DNA of 64,000 bases from an uncultured virus (IMG/VR IMGVR_UViG_3300037200_000074) (Duplodnaviria; Heunggongvirae; Uroviricota; Caudoviricetes): the IMG/VR virus record IMGVR_UViG_3300037200_000074, one strand, 5' to 3'. Each line of letters starts with the position of its first letter. Positions within the stretch are counted from its first letter, which is position 1. The position numbers were made by a program, and so were the translations under genes. The notes beneath the pieces were generated by a model. It worked only from the letters and a program-made list of their open reading frames with translations, was not told where the DNA came from and made no database searches. This document shows positions 1-8,424 of the stretch, one piece after another.

Positions 1-646
1 CACGTCTGGCACGGCACGATCATGCCGTCCGGTTGCCGCGCTTGTTCGAGCGTCATTGGGTGCGGATTAGGCGGCTCGCATCGTTTCCCCCAATGCTCCG
101 GCTGTCCGCAAAGCACGCATTTCACGGCAATGTCTTTGGGCTGCTCGACGGGCACGGGGATGCACGGCGTCATTAACCCGCAGTCGCTCAAACGCACGTG
201 AACTTCGCCGTGGACCATACCTCGGTACCTTTCGTTAGCCTGCATCATCTGCGGAGGCCGACAAGGCCCGTGATGAGCGTACTCGCCCTTGCCGCATCCC
301 GGCATCTCGCACCATCTTGGCGCTTGCGGTTCGGGTGCGGGCTCGGGCTGGCAATCGAACGTGCCGCACCAGGATGACCAACTGTGTCCGCCAGACCCGT
401 GTGGGTAGAAAGCGTGAGGCTGACGGCTCGCCTGCATCATCTGCACTTCCGGTTCGGCTGCGACGGGCTCGTCCTTGAGATACCCGCCCCATAACGGTTC
501 TTTTGCATCCCGCGCCGCAAACTCCTCGGCCACGATTGCGCGTACTTTCGCGTCGATGAGGGCTTCAATACGCCGCAAACTCATAGGACCGAACACATCA
601 TGCATCTCACCACGCGCCGCATCGACGGCGTTCTGGGTGTCGTCAC

Positions 647-922
647 TCATTTTTTAGCACTCGCATTTCGTGCCGTCGCCAAAATACCATCGAGGTCGTA
701 GACCGCCGATACTAATGGAGTAAACGCAGTCGGGCCAGCGTCGTCAAGCATGCCTATATATTGCTTTCGCAGCAATTCTATTGAATTAATAATCTCGACG
801 TAACGCTGACGGCATTCTTCCCGCGCAGCATACCATCCTCGACAAAACTCCACGCCCGGCAGTCCATTTACGCATGGGTCTACGGGGCGCAAATCGTCTA
901 ATGCGAAACAATCGTCACCCAT
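647..922 (-). CDS. hypothetical phage protein
   Basis: ORF track 647..982; ATG at 922 preceded by GGAGAG is the more plausible start; packed head-to-tail with neighbours. Confidence 0.55.
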   Translation of the reverse strand: MGDDCFALDDLRPVDPCVNGLPGVEFCRGWYAAREECRQRYVEIINSIELLRKQYIGMLDDAGPTAFTPLVSAVYDLDGILATARNASAKK

Positions 923-1160
923 TCGTCTCTCCTTTTTCGGCGGGGGTGGTCGCTTCTTTAATATACGCCTTTGCGTAAGCACTGTACGAAGCTCTAGTAT
1001 GAACTACACAAGCGATGCGTAGCGCGAGGGCGATGGTGTCGCAGTTATCGTACGCAAACTTGCCGAGCACCATAGCGTCGCCAACCGTCGTGGCCTCTCG
1101 CGCCATCGCTGCAAACTCATCCGCGAGCGCCGCATAGACGGCGTTCTGGTCGGGGTTCAT
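915..1160 (-). CDS. hypothetical phage protein
   Basis: 81 aa ORF; ATGA overlap with upstream gene and GGAGG RBS. Confidence 0.6.
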   Translation of the reverse strand: MNPDQNAVYAALADEFAAMAREATTVGDAMVLGKFAYDNCDTIALALRIACVVHTRASYSAYAKAYIKEATTPAEKGETNG

Positions 1161-1375
1161 TTCGGTACCTCCCGTTGCTGGATGTACGCAGTACTCTTGG
1201 CGAACGCCGCCATGTATTCTGCGCTTGGATTCTTATCGCGCTCTTGGCCTGGGCGGTACGTGCGCCAAATCTCGTCGCGCAGCACCTTCGGGAGCATGTA
1301 CCAATGGCGCTTGCACATGTGAAGTTTCGGCGGCACCTCTACTTCGCAATTCGGCGCGTGACAGTGATGCTTCAC
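1157..1375 (-). CDS. conserved phage Cys/His (Zn-binding) hypothetical protein
   Basis: HxCHAPxC...MCxxHWxxLPxxLRxxIWxxYRPGQE pattern typical of a widespread small phage protein. Confidence 0.7.
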   Translation of the reverse strand: MKHHCHAPNCEVEVPPKLHMCKRHWYMLPKVLRDEIWRTYRPGQERDKNPSAEYMAAFAKSTAYIQQREVPK

Positions 1376-1466
1376 TTCATCTCTCCCTTCTCGGCGAGCG
1401 CGAGCGTCAGCATGTTTTGCGCAGCCCGTCGTATCGGCGAATCCTCATCGTGTCCCGCGTAGGGCA

Positions 1467-1649
1467 TTACTTAGCTTCATAAGCCGCAGGCTCCCCACAT
1501 AGTCCGATACAAGTTGCTTGCTGACACGGCTTACCAAAGCGAGGGTCGGTTGTATTCAATCGCTTCGTCCAGGCGTTCATGTTCCACTGACACCCAGCAC
1601 ATACAATAAGGATGCGCTCGGGCGTAACTATCGACTGTCGCTCGCGCAT
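1467..1649 (-). CDS. small Cys-rich hypothetical protein
   Basis: 60 aa; strong RBS AAGGAG upstream of ATG; CxxC and CxxxxC. Confidence 0.6.
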   Translation of the reverse strand: MRERQSIVTPERILIVCAGCQWNMNAWTKRLNTTDPRFGKPCQQATCIGLCGEPAAYEAK

Positions 1650-1669
1650 GGCTTCTCCTTGTGTTCTAC

Positions 1670-1943
1670 AACTTATGTTCTATAAGACCAGAGCCTTAGA
1701 CTGTCATGCAACGAGTAGGACGCTGCGCGGCGTCGAGGGTAAAGGTTGCAATTGGTCTAAGACTCTGGCTTGTGCTGTTTGCCAGCGTAGCCTGCTATGG
1801 CCATGTACTCGCGTTCTAGTCGCCACAGCGACCTACGGTAATGGAGTCAGCCCGACTACCTGCTGCGAGGACGCACCAGCCCTCGCTAACCAGACTTCGC
1901 GCGACGCGAGTCGCCCCCTGCGTCTATTCCCCGTTCGTATTAC
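1670..1943 (-). ncRNA. candidate structured RNA / leader
   Basis: intergenic; long hairpin 1688-1768 with a G-U pair on the minus strand plus several short hairpins. Confidence 0.45.
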
Positions 1944-2105
1944 CTACCCGTGAAAGTCGTGCCAGCCGAGTAGGCCAATAAGTAGCAAGAGAATCGCGTA
2001 GCCGCTGCGCCGATACACTGTCTGCTGCGCCGCAGGCGCTTCATACACGACACTTACTGCCGCGAGTATAAAGACTACCAGGAAAATTATAGCTATAGGT
2101 GACAT
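1944..2105 (-). CDS. small two-TM membrane protein (53 aa, below ORF-track cutoff)
   Basis: MSPIAIIFLVVFILAAVSVVY...GYAILLLLIGLLGWHDFHG; GGAGG RBS. Confidence 0.65.
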   Translation of the reverse strand: MSPIAIIFLVVFILAAVSVVYEAPAAQQTVYRRSGYAILLLLIGLLGWHDFHG

Positions 2106-2165
2106 GTCTTACCTCCAAGAATTTAGTTAATACGTTATCTTATCCCCGTCGCGCGGCGTGGCAAA

Positions 2166-2384
2166 TCACCGCCGCTTATATAGCGGGAAAGCCCAGATTA
2201 TAGCCCCGCCCACTGCTGAGGCTATAGCCAGACCAATGGCAATAAAGAGCAGAAAGAATGGAAACCAGTCGTAGTCTTGCTTGACCACTATTTCCCAGAG
2301 CAGCCCGATGATCATGAGATCCGACATCGCCGCCGCGACGAACATGGGGACGAGTATCCAATGCCGCACCCGCCGGTCGCTCAT
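2166..2384 (-). CDS. two-TM membrane protein (holin-like topology)
   Basis: two hydrophobic segments and basic C-terminus YKRR. Confidence 0.6.
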   Translation of the reverse strand: MSDRRVRHWILVPMFVAAAMSDLMIIGLLWEIVVKQDYDWFPFFLLFIAIGLAIASAVGGAIIWAFPLYKRR

Positions 2385-2385
2385 G

Positions 2386-3339
2386 TTACAACAGCGCGGC
2401 TGTAACGTTAGCCCACAGTTGGGCTTTAGTCAGCGCGGTTGAGTATGTTGCTATGTTTTGCACCCGCATCGCAGTCGGATTAGCCCCAGTGGTGCCTGCG
2501 CCGATAGAAATAGCGCCATTGCCCGCCGCTGCGCTACCGTTCGCACCTTGAAGTACTGGGACACCGTTTAGGTATAGTGTACCGATGTTAGAGGAATTTA
2601 CTACCATCTGCACAAGACCCCGGAAGTATGTAGGGAGTGTACCATGGTAGTCAGACCCATCTCTGTCAACATAGATCCCGTAGCTAACATAATACGCAAC
2701 CAAAAGGTGGCTACTGGCTGTCGTATCCCCCAAAGCGCCCATAATACCTGGGGCTGTTCCTTGTGGAGTGCCCAAAAGCTCTACCAGGAACTCTAGGGTA
2801 TACGGTCCTATAGTGGCTGGGCCTGTACCTGGTGCGCCAAGTAGCATGTCGGTTGCGACGTTACCTGCTAGTGCTACGCCTGTCGCAGAATCGTTGAGTA
2901 GTCCAGGCGCACCTACTAAAGCTGTTGACCCAACACTCAGTGTGTTTGCTCCAACAGAATTAGCAAGTGCTGTAGCCGATGCCGCATCATTGCAACGCCA
3001 TTGATTAGTGATTGAAGAGATAGCACGCTGCGCGGCGTCGAGGGATGCAATAGTACCGCCGCCACCGCCACCGCCTGCTGCTTTGAGGTCGATATGCCCT
3101 GTAGTAGGAGTAATGGTTACGGAACTGTCACTACTACCCAGTGTAATAACGCCTGTCTCCCCGTCGAGCGACGTTACGCCCCCACCTCCCCCGCCACCAC
3201 CGCCTGCTGCAACAAGAGCAGCAATAGTTGCACTACTCGAAGTATATGGCCCACCCGAAGTCCCATGCTCAATCGGCACCAGGTCAGTTGAATTGGGAGT
3301 AGCTACCGATGGTAGCGATGGAATAGTCTCGTCAGCCAT
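2386..3339 (-). CDS. virion fibre/receptor-binding-like protein with C-terminal LamG/concanavalin-A-like domain
   Basis: poly-Gly linkers, VTSLDGETGVITL fibre repeat, LamG-like motifs (YTLEFLVE, TLYLNGV, ISIGA, QNIATYSTALT). Confidence 0.7.
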   Translation of the reverse strand: MADETIPSLPSVATPNSTDLVPIEHGTSGGPYTSSSATIAALVAAGGGGGGGGGVTSLDGETGVITLGSSDSSVTITPTTGHIDLKAAGGGGGGGTIASLDAAQRAISSITNQWRCNDAASATALANSVGANTLSVGSTALVGAPGLLNDSATGVALAGNVATDMLLGAPGTGPATIGPYTLEFLVELLGTPQGTAPGIMGALGDTTASSHLLVAYYVSYGIYVDRDGSDYHGTLPTYFRGLVQMVVNSSNIGTLYLNGVPVLQGANGSAAAGNGAISIGAGTTGANPTAMRVQNIATYSTALTKAQLWANVTAALL

Positions 3340-3481
3340 GGTAGCTCCTAGAGATGTAGTGGGTTGCCAGTTTGGGCACCCGACTCGACTGGCGCGGTCA
3401 CAGGTCGTTACTCCTGCTCTCTATAGGGTAAGCCCGACGTAGTAGGGTCTCAGTAGGTAGCTATCTCCCACATCGACGCCT

Positions 3482-3667
3482 TTAAGGTTGGGGACAAGGA
3501 CCTTCGAGGCCTGTGGGTGACGTATTCTTACACTTGTTTCGTTGACGTTTCTGGTACGCTCTATCTGCGATCTTCTTGCGCTGCGCGGCGCATTGGTGAC
3601 AGACGAATGCGCTACCTACTATGGAGGTGTTACAGTCGTAACAACGCTTGGTGGGTATGGAAAACAT
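3482..3667 (-). CDS. small basic Zn-ribbon protein
   Basis: CxxC...CxxC followed by K/R-rich helix. Confidence 0.55.
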   Translation of the reverse strand: MFSIPTKRCYDCNTSIVGSAFVCHQCAAQRKKIADRAYQKRQRNKCKNTSPTGLEGPCPQP

Positions 3668-3951
3668 GGAAGAGATGTGCGCCGCGCGAGGATCGTTTAC
3701 CTGCGTAGCGCCGCAGCATGGTATAAACTAGATTTTATAATTTTCTGCGGCACCTCCCGCGTCGTCGCGGTGTGCTGAGACCAGAGGCACCCCCCTTGGC
3801 CCGGCCCGGCCCGGTCCGGTCGTGGCCCATGGCGGGGCCGGAAGGGGGCGGCGCGGGCCGGTCCCGCAGGGGTCGCGGTGGCTGGAAGGGCGACCCCCCC
3901 CCTGCCCGAGTGTGATGCGCGTCACACGATGAATATGGACTCTGTACCCCC

Positions 3952-3980
3952 TATACACCCTCGCCGGGATGTGTTAACAT
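3952..3980 (+). promoter_or_regulatory. sigma70-like promoter candidate
   Basis: TATACA-N17-TAACAT with extended TG, upstream of the rightward 4162-4949 genes. Confidence 0.5.
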
Positions 3981-4161
3981 GGGGCATACCCCGCCGGAAG
4001 GAACAGGCACCCCTCGCTACATGGAATGGGCGACAGGGCGCTACGCAGGCAAGGACCTGTAGCACGACCCGCCACCTTGGCGCTAGTGAGCACCGACGAG
4101 CCGGGGAACAGCAACCGGGCGGAGGGTCGGACCCCTGCCCACACCCACAGGGAGAACACTA

Positions 4162-4545
4162 ATGCCGATGAATCAAGAAACCCTCGCAGCGTTCGCAACC
4201 GAGAAGGCGTCGAACCTGGATGCGAAGGTTAAGGCTGTCCTCGCGTTCGAGGGACCGGAGGTTTCGCGTATCGCGAAGCTAATCTCGAAAACGGGCCAAG
4301 GGGACTTCGGGAAAGTCCTCGGCCGGGAATTGAAGGCGGGAACGTCCTACCGGACCCTTGCCCTGGGGTACACCGTGGCGCGAGTGATTGAGTTCTCGCG
4401 CCGCCCCAAGTACGTGACGAAGGACGCGGGCCATTGCTGGTCGCAGGTCTATCGTCACGCCCAGAACCACCTCGCACAAGCGACGAACACCCTTGCCCGT
4501 GACGCACGGATGTTCGGAGCCCCGGATACCACCCAGGTCGCGTAG
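4162..4545 (+). CDS. hypothetical basic protein (possible immediate-early)
   Basis: 127 aa; GGAGA RBS; GC-rich codon usage. Confidence 0.7.
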   Translation: MPMNQETLAAFATEKASNLDAKVKAVLAFEGPEVSRIAKLISKTGQGDFGKVLGRELKAGTSYRTLALGYTVARVIEFSRRPKYVTKDAGHCWSQVYRHAQNHLAQATNTLARDARMFGAPDTTQVA

Positions 4546-4559
4546 GCGACCATCCCACC

Positions 4560-4587
4560 GGGCAGGGGTCAAGATTGACCCCTGCCC
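4560..4587 (+). promoter_or_regulatory. perfect 13-bp inverted repeat between genes
   Basis: GGGCAGGGGTCAA-ga-TTGACCCCTGCCC. Confidence 0.7.
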
Positions 4588-4614
4588 ACCCTGTTCTGAA
4601 AGGACACGGTGCCC

Positions 4615-4716
4615 ATGAAAACTCTGATCGTCGGAGCCGGATTACTGACGGTGTTCGCGATGGCCGCGAACACCCTTGGCGGGTTGTTGACTCACGTACT
4701 CGCGGGGTTGCCCTAG
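4615..4716 (+). CDS. 33-aa hydrophobic peptide
   Basis: MKTLIVGAGLLTVFAMAANTLGGLLTHVLAGLP; AAGGA RBS; TAG overlaps GTG of next ORF. Confidence 0.55.
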   Translation: MKTLIVGAGLLTVFAMAANTLGGLLTHVLAGLP

Positions 4717-4949
4717 TGCGGCCCGCCTGGAAAGACGCCGCCAGAGCCGCCGCCAGGGACGCCGCCTCGGCCGCCGCCTGGGATGCCGCCTGGGACGCCG
4801 CCTCGGCCGCCGCCTGGGACGCCGCCTGGGACGCCGCCAGGGACGCCGCCTCGGCCGCCTCGGCCGCCGCCTGGGATGCCGCCTGGGACGCCGCCTCGGC
4901 CGCCGCCTCGGCCGCCTCGGCCGCCGCCTGGGACGCCCGGCCGGGGTAA
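4716..4949 (+). CDS. Ala-rich AAWDAA-repeat protein
   Basis: tandem 9/12-bp repeats encoding AAWD/AARD/AAS units, a known phage low-complexity repeat; GTG at 4716 is in frame with ORF 4575..4949. Confidence 0.55.
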   Translation: MRPAWKDAARAAARDAASAAAWDAAWDAASAAAWDAAWDAARDAASAASAAAWDAAWDAASAAASAASAAAWDARPG

Positions 4950-4963
4950 GAGTTCGGCCGGGC

Positions 4964-4990
4964 GACCCTCCCCCTGCAAGGGGGAGGGTC
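4964..4990 (+). terminator. GC-rich hairpin after mini-operon
   Basis: GACCCTCCCCC-tgcaa-GGGGGAGGGTC; no clear U tract. Confidence 0.55.
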
Positions 4991-5033
4991 CTCCCTCCTG
5001 TGACGTGCGTCACACTTGAGCCACGTGTGACGC

Positions 5034-5400
5034 GCGGGGAATATTTATAATATTCCCCGCATATTCAAAAATATTTTGAATATTTCGGCGGCCCGAATGT
5101 GCCTTTTTGGTTGCATATTAGCGCTAGCGCTGTCTATGAGCGCTATATTCAGTGCACGTTGTTAATATTCACCATACTGCAGCCGGCAACGCAGGAGTGT
5201 TTCGAATATCAGCGCTATCTGCGGCCGGACGCGCAGGTATATTAGTTACAGTACAACATATAACTCCCCAATATTAATCATGGAGAGTCCGTTAATATTA
5301 ATAACACTACAGCGCTACGGCGAATATTCCCCGGCGTGGTGATATTCACCCGGCGTGACAATGTAGCCCCGGCGCGACATTCGCGACAGGGCTACATAGT
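5034..5400. repeat. palindrome-rich non-coding block A
   Basis: adjacent inverted repeats 5034-5060 and 5061-5083; many AATATT, AGCGCT and CCGGCG(C/T)G; hairpin ATGTAGCCC...GGGCTACAT 5361-5397. Confidence 0.8.
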
Positions 5401-5406
5401 CAGGGT

Positions 5407-5673
5407 CTAGACGGAAGGTTTCAGATAATTGATGATATAGTCCAACGCACAGTCAGCACACTGCCATTCAGACCATGCCTGAACATCACCAGGATCATTG
5501 CTATGAAGAATAGCAATAGTACCCGCAGGGATCGCATGTGGAGTATCGACACATACAGCATCGTCGTCCACCTCAACAGTCGCCACAACAGACTCATGCT
5601 CCATAGCCTCGCTAGAACCCACAGTGGCAATAAACAGAATCTTTAGAATCTTTTCAACTTGTTCAGTAGTCAT
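5407..5673 (-). CDS. hypothetical protein, paralogue of 5824..6120
   Basis: shared HxIPxGxxAxLxSNDPxDVQAWxxWxC motif; GGAGG RBS. Confidence 0.75.
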   Translation of the reverse strand: MTTEQVEKILKILFIATVGSSEAMEHESVVATVEVDDDAVCVDTPHAIPAGTIAILHSNDPGDVQAWSEWQCADCALDYIINYLKPSV

Positions 5674-5682
5674 TTATGTTCC

Positions 5683-5772
5683 TCCATAGTGAGAGTAGTC
5701 ACGGACCGGGGCTATTCCAACGCCCCGCGCCCGGCCCTTTTCCATTCCCCGGCGGGTTGCCCCGCGCCTGCC
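5683..5772 (-). promoter_or_regulatory. duplicated promoter/RBS cassette, copy 1
   Basis: 66 bp (5683-5748) identical to 6345-6410; TTGGAA-N17-TACTCT on minus strand followed by RBS. Confidence 0.75.
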
Positions 5773-5823
5773 CATATGACAGCTACGAAACGCGGGTGTG
5801 ATGAATACCACACCCGCGCACCG

Positions 5824-6120
5824 CTACATAGTACGGCTAGAAAGACGTTGGACCAATAAGTCCCGTACCTCAATAGCAGCAGCCCGCCAGCACACCCATT
5901 GAAACCATGCCTGAACATCGTCAGGATCGTTACTAATCAGAACAGCAAGCTCCCCAACAGGGATCATGTGCGACGGATGTTCTTCACTACCAGAGATACT
6001 TTGACATCCGATGCATTCGGCAAGCTCATGATCGACATCGGTGATCACCACCGTACCACTATTCATGTCGGATATTTGGAGCCATAGGGCGTAGAGTGTT
6101 TTGAGTAGATCTTCAGACAT
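5824..6120 (-). CDS. hypothetical protein, paralogue of 5407..5673
   Basis: SNDPDDVQAWFQWVC motif. Confidence 0.75.
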   Translation of the reverse strand: MSEDLLKTLYALWLQISDMNSGTVVITDVDHELAECIGCQSISGSEEHPSHMIPVGELAVLISNDPDDVQAWFQWVCWRAAAIEVRDLLVQRLSSRTM

Positions 6121-6335
6121 CAGACAACATACCCCATCAAGATATCGGCCATGTCTTCAACAGATTCAGCAACAGCCTCACCATGACCCCCAAAGGTCAC
6201 GTATGACCCATCCCTGAATACCAACAGCGGCGGATCATGTTTCGAAATGTGAACGCACCCATAGTCCTGAATGAGGGTGTCATACGAGACAAACCCCGCA
6301 TTAAGTGCATTACAGGCGATAGTAGCTAGATTCAT
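6120..6335 (-). CDS. hypothetical protein
   Basis: ATG at 6335 directly after cassette copy 2; in frame with ORF 6120..6446. Confidence 0.6.
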   Translation of the reverse strand: MNLATIACNALNAGFVSYDTLIQDYGCVHISKHDPPLLVFRDGSYVTFGGHGEAVAESVEDMADILMGYVV

Positions 6336-6344
6336 TAGTGTTCT

Positions 6345-6434
6345 TCCATAGTGAGAGTAGTCACGGACCGGGGCTATTCCAACGCCCCGCGCCCGGCCCT
6401 TTTCCATTCCGCGCCGGGTTGCCCCGCGCCTGCC
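6345..6434 (-). promoter_or_regulatory. duplicated promoter/RBS cassette, copy 2
   Basis: identical to 5683-5748, similarity extends to about 6434. Confidence 0.75.
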
Positions 6435-6459
6435 GACATTACCCATCCGAAACGCTGGT

Positions 6460-7000
6460 ATGCGTCTACAATATTAGAAGGTGAGGCTAATATTCACCGT
6501 GGTGCAACATATAACTCCCCAATATTCGTCATGCGTCGCGCTTGTGGCGTAACAGTAGCCAGATTCTGGATAGACGTGCGGCTTGGGCGGCGAATATTCA
6601 CGATGTGCGCGGCTTGCCGGCGAATATTCACGATGTGCGCGGCTTGCCGGCGTGTTCAGAATATTCTTTATATCTCGCGCGTGCTTTTTTGGTGGTATAT
6701 TAGCGCTAGCGCTGTCTATGAGCGCTGTAACGCATATTCAGTACGCTATGAATATTCTTAGCGTTGCTCTCTGTAGTCCCAACACGACGCCGACATCGCT
6801 GCTACGAGCGGCGTGCGTGGAATATGTGATCAGTCAGCGCTACTTCGCCGCGCGACGTGACAACGCCTGGTAATATTTCCGCTAAACGCTGTATGAGCAG
6901 CGCTATTTGTGGTAATTCCCCGGCGCGACATTCATGGCCGGCGCGACATGTTGGGATGGTCGCAAACATGCACGCCGCCCCGGCGCGACATGTGACTAAA
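6460..7000. repeat. palindrome-rich non-coding block B
   Basis: 30-bp tandem duplicate 6589-6648; CCGGCGCGACAT x3; shares ATATTAGCGCTAGCGCTGTCTATGAGCGCT and CAACATATAACTCCCCAATATT with block A. Confidence 0.8.
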
Positions 7001-8114
7001 ATTGCAGCTGTAGGTCCTTCGGGCCACACCCCGTCTATGCGCAACGCGTTTAGTAGGCTGGATGTCGCACGCAGCAGGCCTACTATGTAGGTTGTGCCTA
7101 GAGGAAATGTGGGTCTGGTACGCCGTTTTTAGAGGTAATTTCCTCGCGCGAGCGGCGCGATCCTTAGGCAGAGTGTTCGTTAAAGGAAAACAACTTGAAA
7201 AACTAGCAAGATTAAAACTGGGGAGGAGTGTAAAAGCAATAAGGAAGGAACCTCTTTATTCGAAATCTGATGAAAAGGTTAAGGGTTTTATAGAGGTCTT
7301 AGATTGTCTTAGGCTTATAATAAGTTTTAGTGTTGTTAGTTTTCATTGTGCTCGCGTTAATTGATTTTTCGTCCTTAACACACGCGAGGCGGCGCGGTAT
7401 CTAAACCCCGACACCACTCTCATCGATCGGCGCTCTACGAACAACGCCCCCACAACGGCTAGACGACACACCCTAAGCCAACGAGAGGCCCCCGCTATCG
7501 AACTCACGCTACAACCCCGTAACGATCTGCCAAACACGACCCACAACTCGCCCACCCTCACACCCTCACCGCCCTACCCTCGAAAACACAGACCCCAAGA
7601 TTAATAAACATAAATAATCCTGAACACAAAGATTATTAGCCCGATAACACTCTGGTCATCCGGCTTTGTATTGCTTATTCAGTTATTCTCGCTGCACACA
7701 CGGCTAGCCTTATGTGCAGTTTGTCTTGTCACTTACCATACAGGCGGCGCTTGGTCCAATGAAGTCCGCTACACTTGCCATCTGTGGAGCAATCTACTAC
7801 TCTTAACACCGAATCACAGTACTTCGGACTGATGCTAAGAAAGTAGCGCGATTCCCAGACAGCGCCCCTCAGGATTCCTAGTAGTTGATATGGGGCTAGA
7901 CCTGTACTCAGCTTACGATCATCGAGCAACCTACTTATTTACTCGACCCGCCTATCTTCGCGATGACCCACTCGGAACACCTTCTGGAGTCCGCCCTAGA
8001 GAGCGCATAGCAATACGAAACAAAGTCTCCTTAGATTCCCTATCTTCACCCTCAGCTATTGAACCTAGAAATTTAGCACACGCGGTTGTTACTAGCAACA
8101 GTAACAAAAATAGT

Positions 8115-8423
8115 TTAAACATTTACCTTCTCTCCATCAGTAGGGCGATCCCACCAGTACATAATCGCTTTGAACAATCCTTCCTTAGTAGCCGCTTCTT
8201 CAATAGAGACGCCTACAGCTTCACGCGATAGGCCACGTGCCCTTCCGAACCATTGGTCTTTCGCGTATTCGTGTGGTAAGAATTTCTTGATTACAAATAC
8301 GTCTGCAAAACAATCGTATTCAACCTGAAATGTGTACTTAAATTGATTATAGTAAATCAAGGGGAGACTAGTCGGAGTACTGTCTACAAATTCCCAGCAA
8401 CGAATATCTGCTCCATAAGCCAT
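8115..8423 (-). CDS. hypothetical protein
   Basis: 102 aa, operon packing. Confidence 0.6.
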   Translation of the reverse strand: MAYGADIRCWEFVDSTPTSLPLIYYNQFKYTFQVEYDCFADVFVIKKFLPHEYAKDQWFGRARGLSREAVGVSIEEAATKEGLFKAIMYWWDRPTDGEKVNV

Positions 8424-8424
8424 T

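Noticed and set aside
4642..5019. Arg/Pro- and Gly-rich ORFs in alternative frames
   Set aside because: Shadows of the GC repeat that encodes the AAWDAA protein; no RBS support.
5034..5083. Protelomerase (telRL) site
   Set aside because: Arms are only 10-12 bp and no protelomerase gene is present in the window.
6589..6648. 30-bp tandem repeat and neighbouring repeats as a CRISPR array
   Set aside because: Only two abutting copies with no unique spacers, and no cas genes in the window.
6351..7561. ORF-track proteins over the repeat and skew region
   Set aside because: Overlapping frames on both strands, repeat-derived peptides and no RBS; treated as non-coding.
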